Assembly (NCBI GenBank): GCA_934096295.1
Contig: CAKOLL010000001.1
Location: 180,229 to 244,228, forward strand
Direction: 5' to 3'
Length of the DNA: 64,000 nt
From: an uncultured Bacilli bacterium
GTDB lineage: Bacteria > Bacillota_I > Bacilli_A > RF39 > UBA660
The notes beneath the pieces were generated by a model that saw only the letters and a list, made by a program, of their open reading frames with translations, did no database searches and was not told where the DNA came from. This document shows, piece by piece, positions 37,810-48,028 of this stretch. Made by a program: the position numbers and the translations under genes. The first letter of the stretch is position 1. Every line of letters begins with the position of its first letter.

Positions 37810-38818
37810 TCTCGCTTCTTAATTGTCCACAGGCTGCTTTAATATTGCCTCCGAATTCTCTTCTTACTGTTACATTTATTCCATTTTCTTTTAATGTGTT
37901 ATAAAATTTATCAATTCTTTTTTTATCACTTTTACTAAAATCTATGTTATTTGTTTCATTATATGGTATTAAATTAACATATACATTCATACCACGTAAT
38001 AATTTAACTAAAGCTAATGCTGAATCTATGTCATCATTAACCATATTAAGCATAACATATTCTATGGTTACTCGTCTATTAGTTTTTGCAATATATTCTT
38101 TAATTGCTTGTATAACAGTGTCAATATCATAGGCTTTATTAATAGGCATAATCTTATTTCTTATCTCATTTGTTGGAGCATGCAAGGATAATGCCAAGTT
38201 TACTTGTAAATCAAGATTACTAAATTCTTTAATCTTTGGAACTAATCCACAAGTTGAAACTGTAATATGTCTAGCCCCGATAGCAAGACCTTTGGCATCA
38301 TTAATAATTTTTATGAAATCTATTATATTATCATAGTTATCAAATGGTTCACCAATTCCCATCATAACTACTGAATCAATTCTTTTACCAATATATTTTT
38401 CTATTAATAGAATTTGTTCTACGATTTCATAAGTTTCTAAGTTTCTGACCTTTTTAAGTCTTCCAGATTCACAAAACCGACAGCCCATGTTACATCCGAC
38501 TTGACTAGATACACAAACCGAAAGCCCATAATCATGTTCCATCAGCACTGCCTCAATTTTTTCTCCATCCAGGAGTCTAAATAAAAATTTCTTTACTAAA
38601 GGGCCTTCTTCTACAATTTCTATTTTGATAAAATCTGTACTAAAATCTTTCATTAATTTTTCTTGAATTTCTTTTTTTATATTTGAAAACTTAGTTATAT
38701 CCCAAATTTTATGAATATATAACCATTCAAAAACTTGAGTAGCTTTAAACTTTTTTTCACCGATACTCTCAAAATAACTTTCTAATTTTTTTCTTGTAAC
38801 TCCAAAAATATTATTCAT
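37802..38818 (-). CDS. rlmN: 23S rRNA (adenine2503-C2)-methyltransferase, radical SAM
   Basis: 338 aa. CVSSQVGCNMGCRFCESG radical-SAM cluster and C-terminal catalytic Cys. Confidence 0.9.
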   Translation of the reverse strand: MNNIFGVTRKKLESYFESIGEKKFKATQVFEWLYIHKIWDITKFSNIKKEIQEKLMKDFSTDFIKIEIVEEGPLVKKFLFRLLDGEKIEAVLMEHDYGLSVCVSSQVGCNMGCRFCESGRLKKVRNLETYEIVEQILLIEKYIGKRIDSVVMMGIGEPFDNYDNIIDFIKIINDAKGLAIGARHITVSTCGLVPKIKEFSNLDLQVNLALSLHAPTNEIRNKIMPINKAYDIDTVIQAIKEYIAKTNRRVTIEYVMLNMVNDDIDSALALVKLLRGMNVYVNLIPYNETNNIDFSKSDKKRIDKFYNTLKENGINVTVRREFGGNIKAACGQLRSESD

Positions 38819-38822
38819 ATTA

Positions 38823-39545
38823 TCACGCTTTCTTTTTTGTTAATGACTTTAATAATTTTAAATTACCATAATCCTTATACTTTTCATAGTAATTGTGGTC
38901 AAACATTAAATCTTTAAATGATACATTTTTAATTTCTTGATACAATCTTTCTTCTTCTTTTTTTCTTTTAGTAATAATCTTTTTATCTAATTTATTTTTA
39001 TCACTAAAATATTCTATTATATAACTTATGATTGTTATGATTTCTATTATAAATAAGGGAAGCAATAAAATAAAAATTTTTTTATTACTGATATCTTTTA
39101 AATTTAAATAATGAATAAATCTATTATCTGTTAAAAGATAAATAAATGATATAACTAATCCTGCAACCCACATTTTTATTTTACCAAATATGTTAGATTT
39201 TATATTCATACCTATATTATATTTTACGCTTTGGATTAAAGCTATAGTAAGCTCAAATATTATTAATATTATTGCATATGGGGATATACTCATTAAAAGA
39301 AGCAAATTTATTACTAAAAATGCTTTGTCACTTAAGGCATCAAAAAGACTTCCAAAAAATGTTGATGCGTTTAGATTTCTAGCTAAAAAGCCATCAATAA
39401 AATCGGTGAAGAAACATAATGCCGATAATATGAATGTTGTAAGGCCCCCATATTTTTTATAAACTGGAATTAAAGCAAAAATCCCCACTACTCTAAGTAG
39501 GGTTATAAAATTAGTTATAATAAAATTTAACCATTTTTTATCCAT
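38823..39545 (-). CDS. CDP-alcohol phosphatidyltransferase family protein (PgsA-like) with C-terminal extension
   Basis: 240 aa with DFIDGFLARNLNASTFFGSLFDALSDK, fitting the D-x2-DG-x2-AR...G-x3-D-x3-D motif. Confidence 0.7.
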   Translation of the reverse strand: MDKKWLNFIITNFITLLRVVGIFALIPVYKKYGGLTTFILSALCFFTDFIDGFLARNLNASTFFGSLFDALSDKAFLVINLLLLMSISPYAIILIIFELTIALIQSVKYNIGMNIKSNIFGKIKMWVAGLVISFIYLLTDNRFIHYLNLKDISNKKIFILLLPLFIIEIITIISYIIEYFSDKNKLDKKIITKRKKEEERLYQEIKNVSFKDLMFDHNYYEKYKDYGNLKLLKSLTKKKA

Positions 39546-39565
39546 TCTTTAATCCTCACTAAAAT

Positions 39566-40195
39566 TTATTTATTAGTTATATTATCACACTTTCCAACAT
39601 TTGTAAATTGTAATTCGTATGTCTTATTTTCATTAGTAATTGTAATATTTGTTATATTTTCTAAGTCAGTTTTAACTACCACTTTATATCCTTCTTTATT
39701 ATAATTTATTTCTCTTGTACTTTCGTTTTTAGTAATATTATATAAATATTCTTTTAAGTTAGTAAATAATATTTTTATATCTAAAAATGCTGTATCTGCT
39801 TCATCATAAAGATCAGACATTTCTTCTTTTTGATCTAATAATACTTTATATATTATTCCAGCCTCTTTAGAATATTTTATAATTCCTTCATTATTTTCTT
39901 TATAACCTATATCACCGGTAGCTGATAATATTCCAGAATATATTATAATATTTTCTCCATTAATAACTCTAAAATTATATGAGTAACAACCATTTAAAAG
40001 GTCACTTTGCATTTCTTCATAGTTTTTAAATGTTAATGTTTCTTCTTTATTAGTATTATTATTTTTATTTTCATTAGGATTATTATCTCCGTTTATAGCA
40101 AATACCACGATTAAAACAATAATGAATACCATCCATGCTGCAAATTTAATAGTAGCTTTTCCTTGTGTAGTTGACCAAAAACTATTATTTTCCAC
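39566..40195 (-). CDS. Hypothetical membrane-anchored protein
   Basis: 209 aa with N-terminal TM and an Asn/Lys-rich linker. No family recognised. Occupies the position usually held by rsmB. Confidence 0.45.
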   Translation of the reverse strand: MENNSFWSTTQGKATIKFAAWMVFIIVLIVVFAINGDNNPNENKNNNTNKEETLTFKNYEEMQSDLLNGCYSYNFRVINGENIIIYSGILSATGDIGYKENNEGIIKYSKEAGIIYKVLLDQKEEMSDLYDEADTAFLDIKILFTNLKEYLYNITKNESTREINYNKEGYKVVVKTDLENITNITITNENKTYELQFTNVGKCDNITNK

Positions 40196-41132
40196 TATTT
40201 ACCTCCATATTTAAATAATTATCTTTATCTATTCCATTTAAGAAACTATTTATTTCCATTACTTTTTTACCACTTGGTTTTATTTTCTTTAAATATATTA
40301 TACCATTTTTACATGTTATACCTAATTTTTTCTTATCTATTTCTTTTATAATACCAACATTTTTGATTTCTTTTTCGATAAATTCTGCTTCTAAAACTTT
40401 TATCTCTTGATTATTAATTATTATATTTGCTAGTGGCCATGGATTTAAGCCTTTGATTTTTCCAATTATTTTTTTGCCTTCTTCATTAAAATTTAATCTT
40501 TCATCTTCTCTTTTTATCATCGGCGCCATTGTATAATTGTCCCCTTGCTTAATTCTAGCATTGGTCTTATCAAATATTGTTGGTAAAACATCAAACAATA
40601 AATCTCGTCCCACAACTGAAAGCTTATCATGAAGAGTTCCAACATTATCACTAACTAAAATGGGTATTTCTTTTATTTTAATGATATCTCCAGTATCCAT
40701 TCCTTCATCCATATACATGATTGTTACACCAGTTACATCATCATTATTAAATAAACACCATTGTATCGGAGCAGATCCACGATATTTTGGTAATATTGAT
40801 GCATGAACATTAATACATCCATACTTTGGCATGTCTAAGATTTCTTTAGGAATTATTTGTCCATAGGCACAAGTAACAATTAAGTCAATATCTAAGTTTT
40901 TTAGTTCTTCAAAATCTTTTCTGATTCTTATTGGTTGAAATACAGGAATGTTTTCTTCGATAGCTAGCTTTTTTACTGGACTAAAACTAACTGTTTTATC
41001 TTTACCTACGATTTTATCAGGTTGAGTTACCACCATTATAACATTTGTATTTTCAATTAACATTTTTAAGACAGGTACTGAAAAGTCAGGGGTCCCCATA
41101 AAAACTATATTTTTGTTTTTCATATTCATCAT
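40185..41132 (-). CDS. fmt: Methionyl-tRNA formyltransferase
   Basis: 315 aa. IVFMGTPDFSVPVL N-terminus and the formyltransferase core motifs (HASILPKYRGSAPIQW). Confidence 0.9.
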   Translation of the reverse strand: MMNMKNKNIVFMGTPDFSVPVLKMLIENTNVIMVVTQPDKIVGKDKTVSFSPVKKLAIEENIPVFQPIRIRKDFEELKNLDIDLIVTCAYGQIIPKEILDMPKYGCINVHASILPKYRGSAPIQWCLFNNDDVTGVTIMYMDEGMDTGDIIKIKEIPILVSDNVGTLHDKLSVVGRDLLFDVLPTIFDKTNARIKQGDNYTMAPMIKREDERLNFNEEGKKIIGKIKGLNPWPLANIIINNQEIKVLEAEFIEKEIKNVGIIKEIDKKKLGITCKNGIIYLKKIKPSGKKVMEINSFLNGIDKDNYLNMEVNSGK

Positions 41133-41174
41133 CTCTCTTACATTATATAATAAATTAGAAAAGAAGACAAGTTT

Positions 41175-43229
41175 TTACTTATCTTCTTCGCAATTTACAC
41201 AAATGTTTTCTCCATTTTTATCAACGATTAATTCTCCACATTTCGGGCAAATTTCACCAGTTGGTTTGTACCATAACGCATATTTACATTTCGGATAATT
41301 ATTACATCCATAGAAAATTTTACCCTTTTTTGTTTTTCTTTCTACAATCATGCCTTTGTCGCATTTAGGACATTTACAAACTTCTACGACCTCTTTTTTC
41401 TCTTTTTTAATATACTTACAAGTTGGATAATTGCTGCATGCAACGAATTCACCAAATTTACCCTTGCGGATTACTAATGGGCTTCCACATTCAGGACAAT
41501 TTTCGCCAGTTTCTTCAGGGCCTTTCTTTTCCATTTCATGAAAAGCTTTTTCCACTAATGGTTCAAATTCATCATAAAATTCATGTAACACTTTTTTATA
41601 ATCCATTTTATCTTCCGCAATTTCATCTAAATCATGTTCCATGTTAGCAGTATATTCAACATTTACTATACCACTAAAGAACTCTTGTAATTTATCAGTT
41701 GTTTCAATACCAATTTCTGTTGGCTCAAACTTTTTATCTTTTAATACTACATATCCACGCTCTTTAATCGTTCCAACGATGGTTGCATAAGTTGATGGAC
41801 GACCTATTCCTAGACTTTCCATTTCTTTAATTAAACTACTTTCCGTATATCTTGGAGCTGGCTTAGTAAAATGTTGAGTTTTTGTAATATCATCTGCTGT
41901 TATACAACCTGATTTATAATTTTTTAAATCGGGAAGTATTACATCTTCACTATCTTCATATTCACTATAGACTTTTAAATAACCATCAAATGTTAAAACA
42001 CTACCTGTTGCTTTAAATGTATAGCCATTGTTTTCTAAAATAACTGTTGTTGCAAGTGTTTTAGCATCCGCCATTAAAGATGCAAGAGCTCTAGCATATA
42101 TTAATTTATATAATTTATATTCATCATTTGATAAATATGGTTTTACACTTTCTGGTGTTCTATTAATACTTGTTGGTCTAATACCTTCATGAGCATCTTG
42201 AATATTTTCGTTTTTCTTTCCTTTTTTTACATATCCAATATAATTTTCTCCGAACTTTCCTTTGATGTATCCAAAAGTTTCTTTAACAAATGAATCACTT
42301 ACTCGGATACTATCAGTACGCATGTAAGTAATTAACCCAACTGTTTCATTACTTAAGGTTTTACCTTCATATAAGTCTTGAGCTAATTTCATGGTTTTTG
42401 ATGGAGCAAAGCCTAATTTATTTGATGCTGCTTGTTGCAAAGTACTTGTTTTAAATACTTCACGTGCACTCTTGTTTTTTTCTTTTTCTGTGACACTTTC
42501 AATTTTAAATGATTTAGAAAGCTTAGATAATATTCCATCTGCTTCAACTTCATTTGGTATTTCTACTTCTTTACCGTGGTACTTATCCAAGGTTGCTTTA
42601 AATTCTTTAAAGTCTGCTTCGATTGTCCAATACTCACGAGGCACAAAGGCTTGAATTTCTCTTTCACGATCTACGATTAGTTTTAAGGCAACACTTTGAA
42701 CACGTCCCGCTGACTTGCCTCCGGTTTTTCTTTGCATTAATTTACTTAGTCTAAAACCTATAATTCTATCTAAGAATCTTCTTGTTTCTCCAGATCTAAC
42801 CAAATTCATATCTATTTTACCTGGATTATTAATAGCATTTATAACTACATCTTTTGTTATTTCATTAAATACTACCCTTTTATATTTTTCATCAGGTATT
42901 TTTATTTCATCATAAATATGCCAAGAAATTGTTTCCCCTTCACGGTCTGGGTCGGTTGCAAGATAAATTGTATTTGCATCCTTTACATCTTTTTTTAAGG
43001 CCGTGACCTCTTTATTTTTTCCTTTAATTATTTGGTAATTGGGCTCGAAATCATGTTCAACATCTATTCCTAAACCAAATTTACCTGTTGTAGCTAAATC
43101 TCTGATATGTCCTTTACTAGAAACTACTTTATAGTCGCTACCTAGATATTTTTCAATGGTTTTACATTTTGCTGGAGATTCCACTATAACTAAATTTTTC
43201 ATCCTATTCCTCCTTTTGCTCATTTGCAT
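41175..43229 (-). CDS. topA: DNA topoisomerase I
   Basis: 684 aa. TOPRIM (LVIVESPAKCKTIEKYLG), active-site region, three C-terminal Zn ribbons (CPECGSPLV...CSNYPTCKY etc.). Confidence 0.9.
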   Translation of the reverse strand: MQMSKRRNRMKNLVIVESPAKCKTIEKYLGSDYKVVSSKGHIRDLATTGKFGLGIDVEHDFEPNYQIIKGKNKEVTALKKDVKDANTIYLATDPDREGETISWHIYDEIKIPDEKYKRVVFNEITKDVVINAINNPGKIDMNLVRSGETRRFLDRIIGFRLSKLMQRKTGGKSAGRVQSVALKLIVDREREIQAFVPREYWTIEADFKEFKATLDKYHGKEVEIPNEVEADGILSKLSKSFKIESVTEKEKNKSAREVFKTSTLQQAASNKLGFAPSKTMKLAQDLYEGKTLSNETVGLITYMRTDSIRVSDSFVKETFGYIKGKFGENYIGYVKKGKKNENIQDAHEGIRPTSINRTPESVKPYLSNDEYKLYKLIYARALASLMADAKTLATTVILENNGYTFKATGSVLTFDGYLKVYSEYEDSEDVILPDLKNYKSGCITADDITKTQHFTKPAPRYTESSLIKEMESLGIGRPSTYATIVGTIKERGYVVLKDKKFEPTEIGIETTDKLQEFFSGIVNVEYTANMEHDLDEIAEDKMDYKKVLHEFYDEFEPLVEKAFHEMEKKGPEETGENCPECGSPLVIRKGKFGEFVACSNYPTCKYIKKEKKEVVEVCKCPKCDKGMIVERKTKKGKIFYGCNNYPKCKYALWYKPTGEICPKCGELIVDKNGENICVNCEEDK

Positions 43230-45240
43230 TCTTGTAAGAGTTTATTTTATTTTCTAAATAAGTGAAATAATTATTTCTTATTATTGTTTCACTCATTTGC
43301 ATTCTGCTAGTAACAGTATTATTTATTCTAATTAATTCTTCAGTATCATATTCTTTATCCGTATAATATTTTACTGTGCCACTACCGGCATTATAATAAA
43401 CTTCATTATTTTTCCAAGAACCATCTGCAAATGTTACAACATTTAAATATTCATCACTAAAGACATCAGTTCCCATGTAGTACCTAGGATCATAATCTAA
43501 ATTAAATAGATTAGCAATCGTTGGTGTTAAATTTATATAAGAACTGTATTTTTCTACGATCTCACTTTTGATTTTCGTATTATATATAACCATCGGGGTT
43601 CTTTCAACTTCATAATCATTTAAATCATATGTTAGAACCTCAGATATATCTCTATTTTTTAAACCATATGGATAATGATCTCCATATAAAACTATAACTG
43701 TATCATCTAATGTACCAGATGTCTTTAGTCTATCAAGTAAAATACCTAAACTATTGTCAAAAGTTTTTAGCTTAGACATGTATCTTCGAAGTTCCATGGA
43801 ATAGTCAGTATCTTCGGTAATACTTAAATACTTATCTCCTTCCACACTTGATTGATTGTATGGTTGATGCGGAGATACCGTGGTAAGCCATAACATGTAT
43901 GGAATACTTGTATCACTTAAAGTAATATCCATCGCAGCATTCATGAAATCTTCATCGCTTGCCCAGTTTTTATATTCATTATAATAAGGAATATTTAAAT
44001 CATTAACATTGTAATAGGCATCACTACCTAAATTTTTATGAATAACACGTCTTACATAATATTGTTCAGTATAATCATGCATACTACTTGTTTTATATCC
44101 AGCATTCTTAAATAAATTAAATATTGATGTAAAATATTGATTATTACTATAAACATTTGCTGTACAATTATTTTGAATTGTATATAGACTTGTCATACCA
44201 CTAAATTCATTATTTCCTGTTGCACAACTATTTCTAGGACTATAATTATTTTTAAAACTAATTCCTTCACTATATAATTTATAAAAGTTTGGATATAAAT
44301 CTTTATTAATAATTATTTCTCCGACACTTTCCATCATTATTACTATAACATTTTTCCCTTCAAACATACCAGTGTGGTCATTATAACTTGTTATAGTTCT
44401 ATTTTTTATGTACTCATTAATATTATTTTTAGTCACATTATTTTCATTCTTAATAATATCATCTAATATAGTATCATCAATTTCTCTTCTTTTATCTTCA
44501 TCTGTTGTAGTATTATTACTTTCACTTATAGCGAATGTATCTTTTGTTGGTGCTTCGACCATCGTTGATTTAATATCAAGAAATCCAAAACCTAATACTC
44601 CGAATTGATTTATGGTTATACTTGGTACACTAGGATAAGCAAACAAATCTTTATTACTTACAGTTTGAAGCTTATTTTGCATGAAGGCTACATCTAATGT
44701 TTCATAATATAGAAATCCACTAAAAACTAATAATAATATACTTGTAATTGTTCTAATACCTGGTTCAAAAACAATATTAGTTTTTAAAGGAAACTTTTTA
44801 TCTATTTTCTTTTCAGTGAACTTATCTAAGAAAATATAATAAAGAATTAATATTATAAATGGGATAAATGCTAAATAATAAGTTAGCCTAAAGGATGAGA
44901 AAAAGTCAATAATATAATCTTTTACTGCTCCAAGTTGACTTTTGGTATTAACTGATGCATAAACCCCAATAAAATTATTAAAGCCAATTTGAAAATACGT
45001 ATAAACACTTATCGCAAATGCAAAAATAATTATTAATGCTTTACTTACTTTTTTGTTAAACCAAGAGAGGATATAGCTTAATAAAATACTTACAAAATTT
45101 ATACCTATAAATATCCTTAGTAAGGCAATATTTTTTAAACTTATTCCACTTATTAATCGAAAAGATATTTCAAGTAACATAAAAAATATTAATAAAACTA
45201 TATAATTTTTAATTAGATTATTCTTTAACAAGTTCTTCAT
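43204..45240 (-). CDS. ltaS: LTA synthase family protein (polytopic N-terminus plus extracellular sulfatase-like domain)
   Basis: 678 aa. Five N-terminal TMs. NVIVIMMESVGE, the catalytic-Thr region and WLTTVSPHQPY are LtaS/sulfatase-like. Confidence 0.7.
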   Translation of the reverse strand: MKNLLKNNLIKNYIVLLIFFMLLEISFRLISGISLKNIALLRIFIGINFVSILLSYILSWFNKKVSKALIIIFAFAISVYTYFQIGFNNFIGVYASVNTKSQLGAVKDYIIDFFSSFRLTYYLAFIPFIILILYYIFLDKFTEKKIDKKFPLKTNIVFEPGIRTITSILLLVFSGFLYYETLDVAFMQNKLQTVSNKDLFAYPSVPSITINQFGVLGFGFLDIKSTMVEAPTKDTFAISESNNTTTDEDKRREIDDTILDDIIKNENNVTKNNINEYIKNRTITSYNDHTGMFEGKNVIVIMMESVGEIIINKDLYPNFYKLYSEGISFKNNYSPRNSCATGNNEFSGMTSLYTIQNNCTANVYSNNQYFTSIFNLFKNAGYKTSSMHDYTEQYYVRRVIHKNLGSDAYYNVNDLNIPYYNEYKNWASDEDFMNAAMDITLSDTSIPYMLWLTTVSPHQPYNQSSVEGDKYLSITEDTDYSMELRRYMSKLKTFDNSLGILLDRLKTSGTLDDTVIVLYGDHYPYGLKNRDISEVLTYDLNDYEVERTPMVIYNTKIKSEIVEKYSSYINLTPTIANLFNLDYDPRYYMGTDVFSDEYLNVVTFADGSWKNNEVYYNAGSGTVKYYTDKEYDTEELIRINNTVTSRMQMSETIIRNNYFTYLENKINSYKNANEQKEE

Positions 45241-45853
45241 TTTTTTCCTCCATCAACGTTTTTACTGGTTTATATGTCATCCTATAATTATCTAAAATAC
45301 CATATTTTTTAATATTTTCAAGATGTTTTTTTGTTGGGTAACCTTTATGATCTTTAAAGCCATATTCTGGATGTTCTTTATCGAGTTCATACATCATTTC
45401 ATCACGAGTTACTTTAGCTAAAACACTCGCAGCGGCGATACTAAGGGATAGTGCATCACCATGGATTATAGCCTCGGAATTTTCAAGGGGAAGCGGCATA
45501 GCATCTGTTAATATAAATTCTGGCTTAACATTTAAATTATCTATAGCCATTAACATGGCTTTTCTACTTGCCTCGTAAATATTTATTTCATCAATAGTTT
45601 TGGCATCTACTATCCCTATTCCATAACTTATTGCATCTTTTTTTATTATCTCAAAAAATTTATCTCTTTTTTTTTCACTTAATTGTTTGGAATCATTCAA
45701 GCCTTCAAGTTTATAATTTTTAGGCAAAATTACTGCAGCTGCTACAACAGGCCCACATAATGGTCCACGCCCTGCTTCATCTGTGCCAGCTATTAAATTA
45801 ATTCCTTTTTCATATAATTCTTTTTCATATTTTAATAAATCTACTTCTTCCAT
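45218..45853 (-). CDS. rnhB: Ribonuclease HII
   Basis: 211 aa with LIAGTDEAGRGPLCGPVVAAAVIL, the DEAGRG active site. Confidence 0.9.
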   Translation of the reverse strand: MEEVDLLKYEKELYEKGINLIAGTDEAGRGPLCGPVVAAAVILPKNYKLEGLNDSKQLSEKKRDKFFEIIKKDAISYGIGIVDAKTIDEINIYEASRKAMLMAIDNLNVKPEFILTDAMPLPLENSEAIIHGDALSLSIAAASVLAKVTRDEMMYELDKEHPEYGFKDHKGYPTKKHLENIKKYGILDNYRMTYKPVKTLMEEKNEELVKE

Positions 45854-46761
45854 CTATCAAATGTTACTCCTTTTAGTGCACCACTCACTAAATCATTATA
45901 CACCTTATTTGATATTTTTTCATAGTCTATTTCACCATCTTTTTCAAAATAATTAAATTTTTGCGCTAAAGATGTAAATATTTCGTTTGGATCATCACTA
46001 ATTTCGATATTATATTTTTCTTCTAATTGTTCTTTATAGTAATTTTTAAAGAAGGTAATTATGTAGCCACCTATATCGGTCATATTTAAAATTTCCATCT
46101 TTATTGTGGCAGTTGATGCTAAGCTTAAAGCTTCCGTATTGTCTTCAATTTTAGGCCAAAGTATTCCCGGAGTATCTAACAATAAGAAGCCCGAGTTTGT
46201 TTTAAGCCAATTTACTTGCTTAGTTATCCCTGGTTTATTTCCCGTATTGGCTACTTTTTTGCCAGCCAATTTATTTATAAGGGTACTTTTTCCAACATTA
46301 GGTATTCCAACTACTCCAATTTTAATTTCTTTACTTTTAAGGCCTTTATCATTTCTTTTTTCTTGTATAGGTTTTACAACCTCATTTGTTAACTTTATTA
46401 ATTTTTTATAGTCGTCATTATTTGTTAAATCTAATAATATTACTTTATAACCTTTTTCTTCATAATACTTAGCCCATTTATTTGTTTCTTCTAGATCACA
46501 TAAATCTTTTTTAGTCATAACTAAAATTCGAGGTTTAGCCTCAAGGATGTCGTCCATGCCTTTTAATTTTGAAGATGATGGCATTCTTGCATCTACACAT
46601 TCGTAGATTACATCTATTAGTTTAATTCTTTCTTTAATTTCTCTTTTTGCTTTTACCATATGTCCCGGATACCAATTTATACCCGTAGACGGTATGACTT
46701 TTTCTTCACTATTATTTTCTCTTTTTTCTTTTCTTTCTTTTCTTTTTTGATACATGTTCAT
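45841..46761 (-). CDS. rbgA: Ribosome biogenesis GTPase A (YlqF)
   Basis: 306 aa. INWYPGHMVKAKREI, circularly permuted G-motifs (TKKD...GIPNVGKSTLINKL), lysine-rich N-terminal tail. Confidence 0.85.
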   Translation of the reverse strand: MNMYQKRKERKEKRENNSEEKVIPSTGINWYPGHMVKAKREIKERIKLIDVIYECVDARMPSSSKLKGMDDILEAKPRILVMTKKDLCDLEETNKWAKYYEEKGYKVILLDLTNNDDYKKLIKLTNEVVKPIQEKRNDKGLKSKEIKIGVVGIPNVGKSTLINKLAGKKVANTGNKPGITKQVNWLKTNSGFLLLDTPGILWPKIEDNTEALSLASTATIKMEILNMTDIGGYIITFFKNYYKEQLEEKYNIEISDDPNEIFTSLAQKFNYFEKDGEIDYEKISNKVYNDLVSGALKGVTFDRWKK

Positions 46762-46773
46762 TTTTTCACTTCC

Positions 46774-47817
46774 TTATTCATTATCGCTATTATTTTCATT
46801 TAAATATTTATTATAAAATTCATCCATTGAAGAAATGTATTTTTGATCTTGTATAACTCTAAATTTTTCATATTCTTTTTCAGCTTTTTCTACTACTTCT
46901 TTATGTGATATACTGCCACTATTATTTAATACTTCTTTTCTTCTAAACTTTAATAAATCATCAGTTGCATCTATCCATTCTTTCATTGTCATAACATGTC
47001 TTTGTTTTGCTTCATCTTCGGCAAATACTAAAAACATATTTGTTAAATCTTTTAAATTGTTCATTTCTTCTTCGTTTAAATAATTTTTTGCAATAATCAC
47101 ATCATATTTATATATTAAACCATCAGGAGAATTTTTCCAAGTTGTTAATCCCATATGCTCTTCTTTTGAATTAGCCCTTTTAAAAATAAGTTCCGCAGCA
47201 GTATGTCCACTTATAGCATAGTGCAGCTTATTTTGAACTATTTTAAAGAAAGTATAAGCGTCTTCTGATTTTGGATTGTAATCTGCTGCTGTTGCAATAA
47301 ATAAATCAGTGATTTTTTGATATGCCATTCTTTCACTTACTCTGATTGTTTTGATACGTTCTAATAATTCATCAAAATATTTTGCATCATATTTATTTCC
47401 ATTTATAAAACGTTCATCATTTAATGCAAAACCCTTTGTCATATATTCTTTTAATATTTTTGTTGCCCATATTCTAAATTCTGTTGCTTTTTTAGAATTA
47501 ATTCTATAACCCACAGCAATTATAGCATCAAGACTATAAACTTCAGTATTATAGTTTTTTCCGTCAGGTGCAGTTATTTCCATTTTGGAAACAACTGAAT
47601 TTTTATCTAATTCGTTTTCTTCAAATATATTTTTTAAATGTTTTGATATTGCTGGTACACCAACCTCGAAAACTTTTGACATACCTTTTTGTGATAACCA
47701 TAAAGTTTCATCTTTATAAATAGCATCTACTATAATATTACCTTCACTATTTTTATATATAATTAATTTATTATCTTCCATCAATACTCTCCTTTCCTTT
47801 AGTTTTTCATAAGTCAT
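46774..47817 (-). CDS. RhuM family virulence/defence-island protein
   Basis: 347 aa. IIYKNSEGNIIVDAIYKDETLWLSQKGMSKVFEV...YNTEVYSLDAIIAVGYRINSKKATEFRIWATKILKEYMTKGFALNDERF matches the RhuM N-terminal signature. Confidence 0.75.
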   Translation of the reverse strand: MTYEKLKERRVLMEDNKLIIYKNSEGNIIVDAIYKDETLWLSQKGMSKVFEVGVPAISKHLKNIFEENELDKNSVVSKMEITAPDGKNYNTEVYSLDAIIAVGYRINSKKATEFRIWATKILKEYMTKGFALNDERFINGNKYDAKYFDELLERIKTIRVSERMAYQKITDLFIATAADYNPKSEDAYTFFKIVQNKLHYAISGHTAAELIFKRANSKEEHMGLTTWKNSPDGLIYKYDVIIAKNYLNEEEMNNLKDLTNMFLVFAEDEAKQRHVMTMKEWIDATDDLLKFRRKEVLNNSGSISHKEVVEKAEKEYEKFRVIQDQKYISSMDEFYNKYLNENNSDNE

Positions 47818-47912
47818 ACACTTATCAATTTAAATTAAAATTTTATTAAAAAAATGTCCCAAAATGTACAAAGCATTTAGTAAAAATTTCTTTTATTTTC
47901 AAGTATTCAAGT

Positions 47913-48021
47913 GTGTTTTTTCATGACTCCCCACTTACCACGAAACGGAAACCTTTGAAAAACTTTCTTGGCTACCATTATTTTCTTTTCTTGTCTCATT
48001 TTTCTTTTTTGATACATATCC
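47913..48021 (-). pseudogene. Diverged duplicate of the rbgA 5' end (first ~36 codons, a gene remnant)
   Basis: Minus-strand ATGGATATGTATCAAAAAAGAAAA... (MDMYQKRKMRQEKK...GKWGVMKKHT*) parallels the rbgA start ATGAACATGTATCAAAAAAGAAAAG (MNMYQKRKERKEK...INWYPGHMVKAK). 22 of 24 nt are identical at the start, then roughly 65% identity over about 110 bp. Confidence 0.4.
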
Positions 48022-48028
48022 ATTTAAA

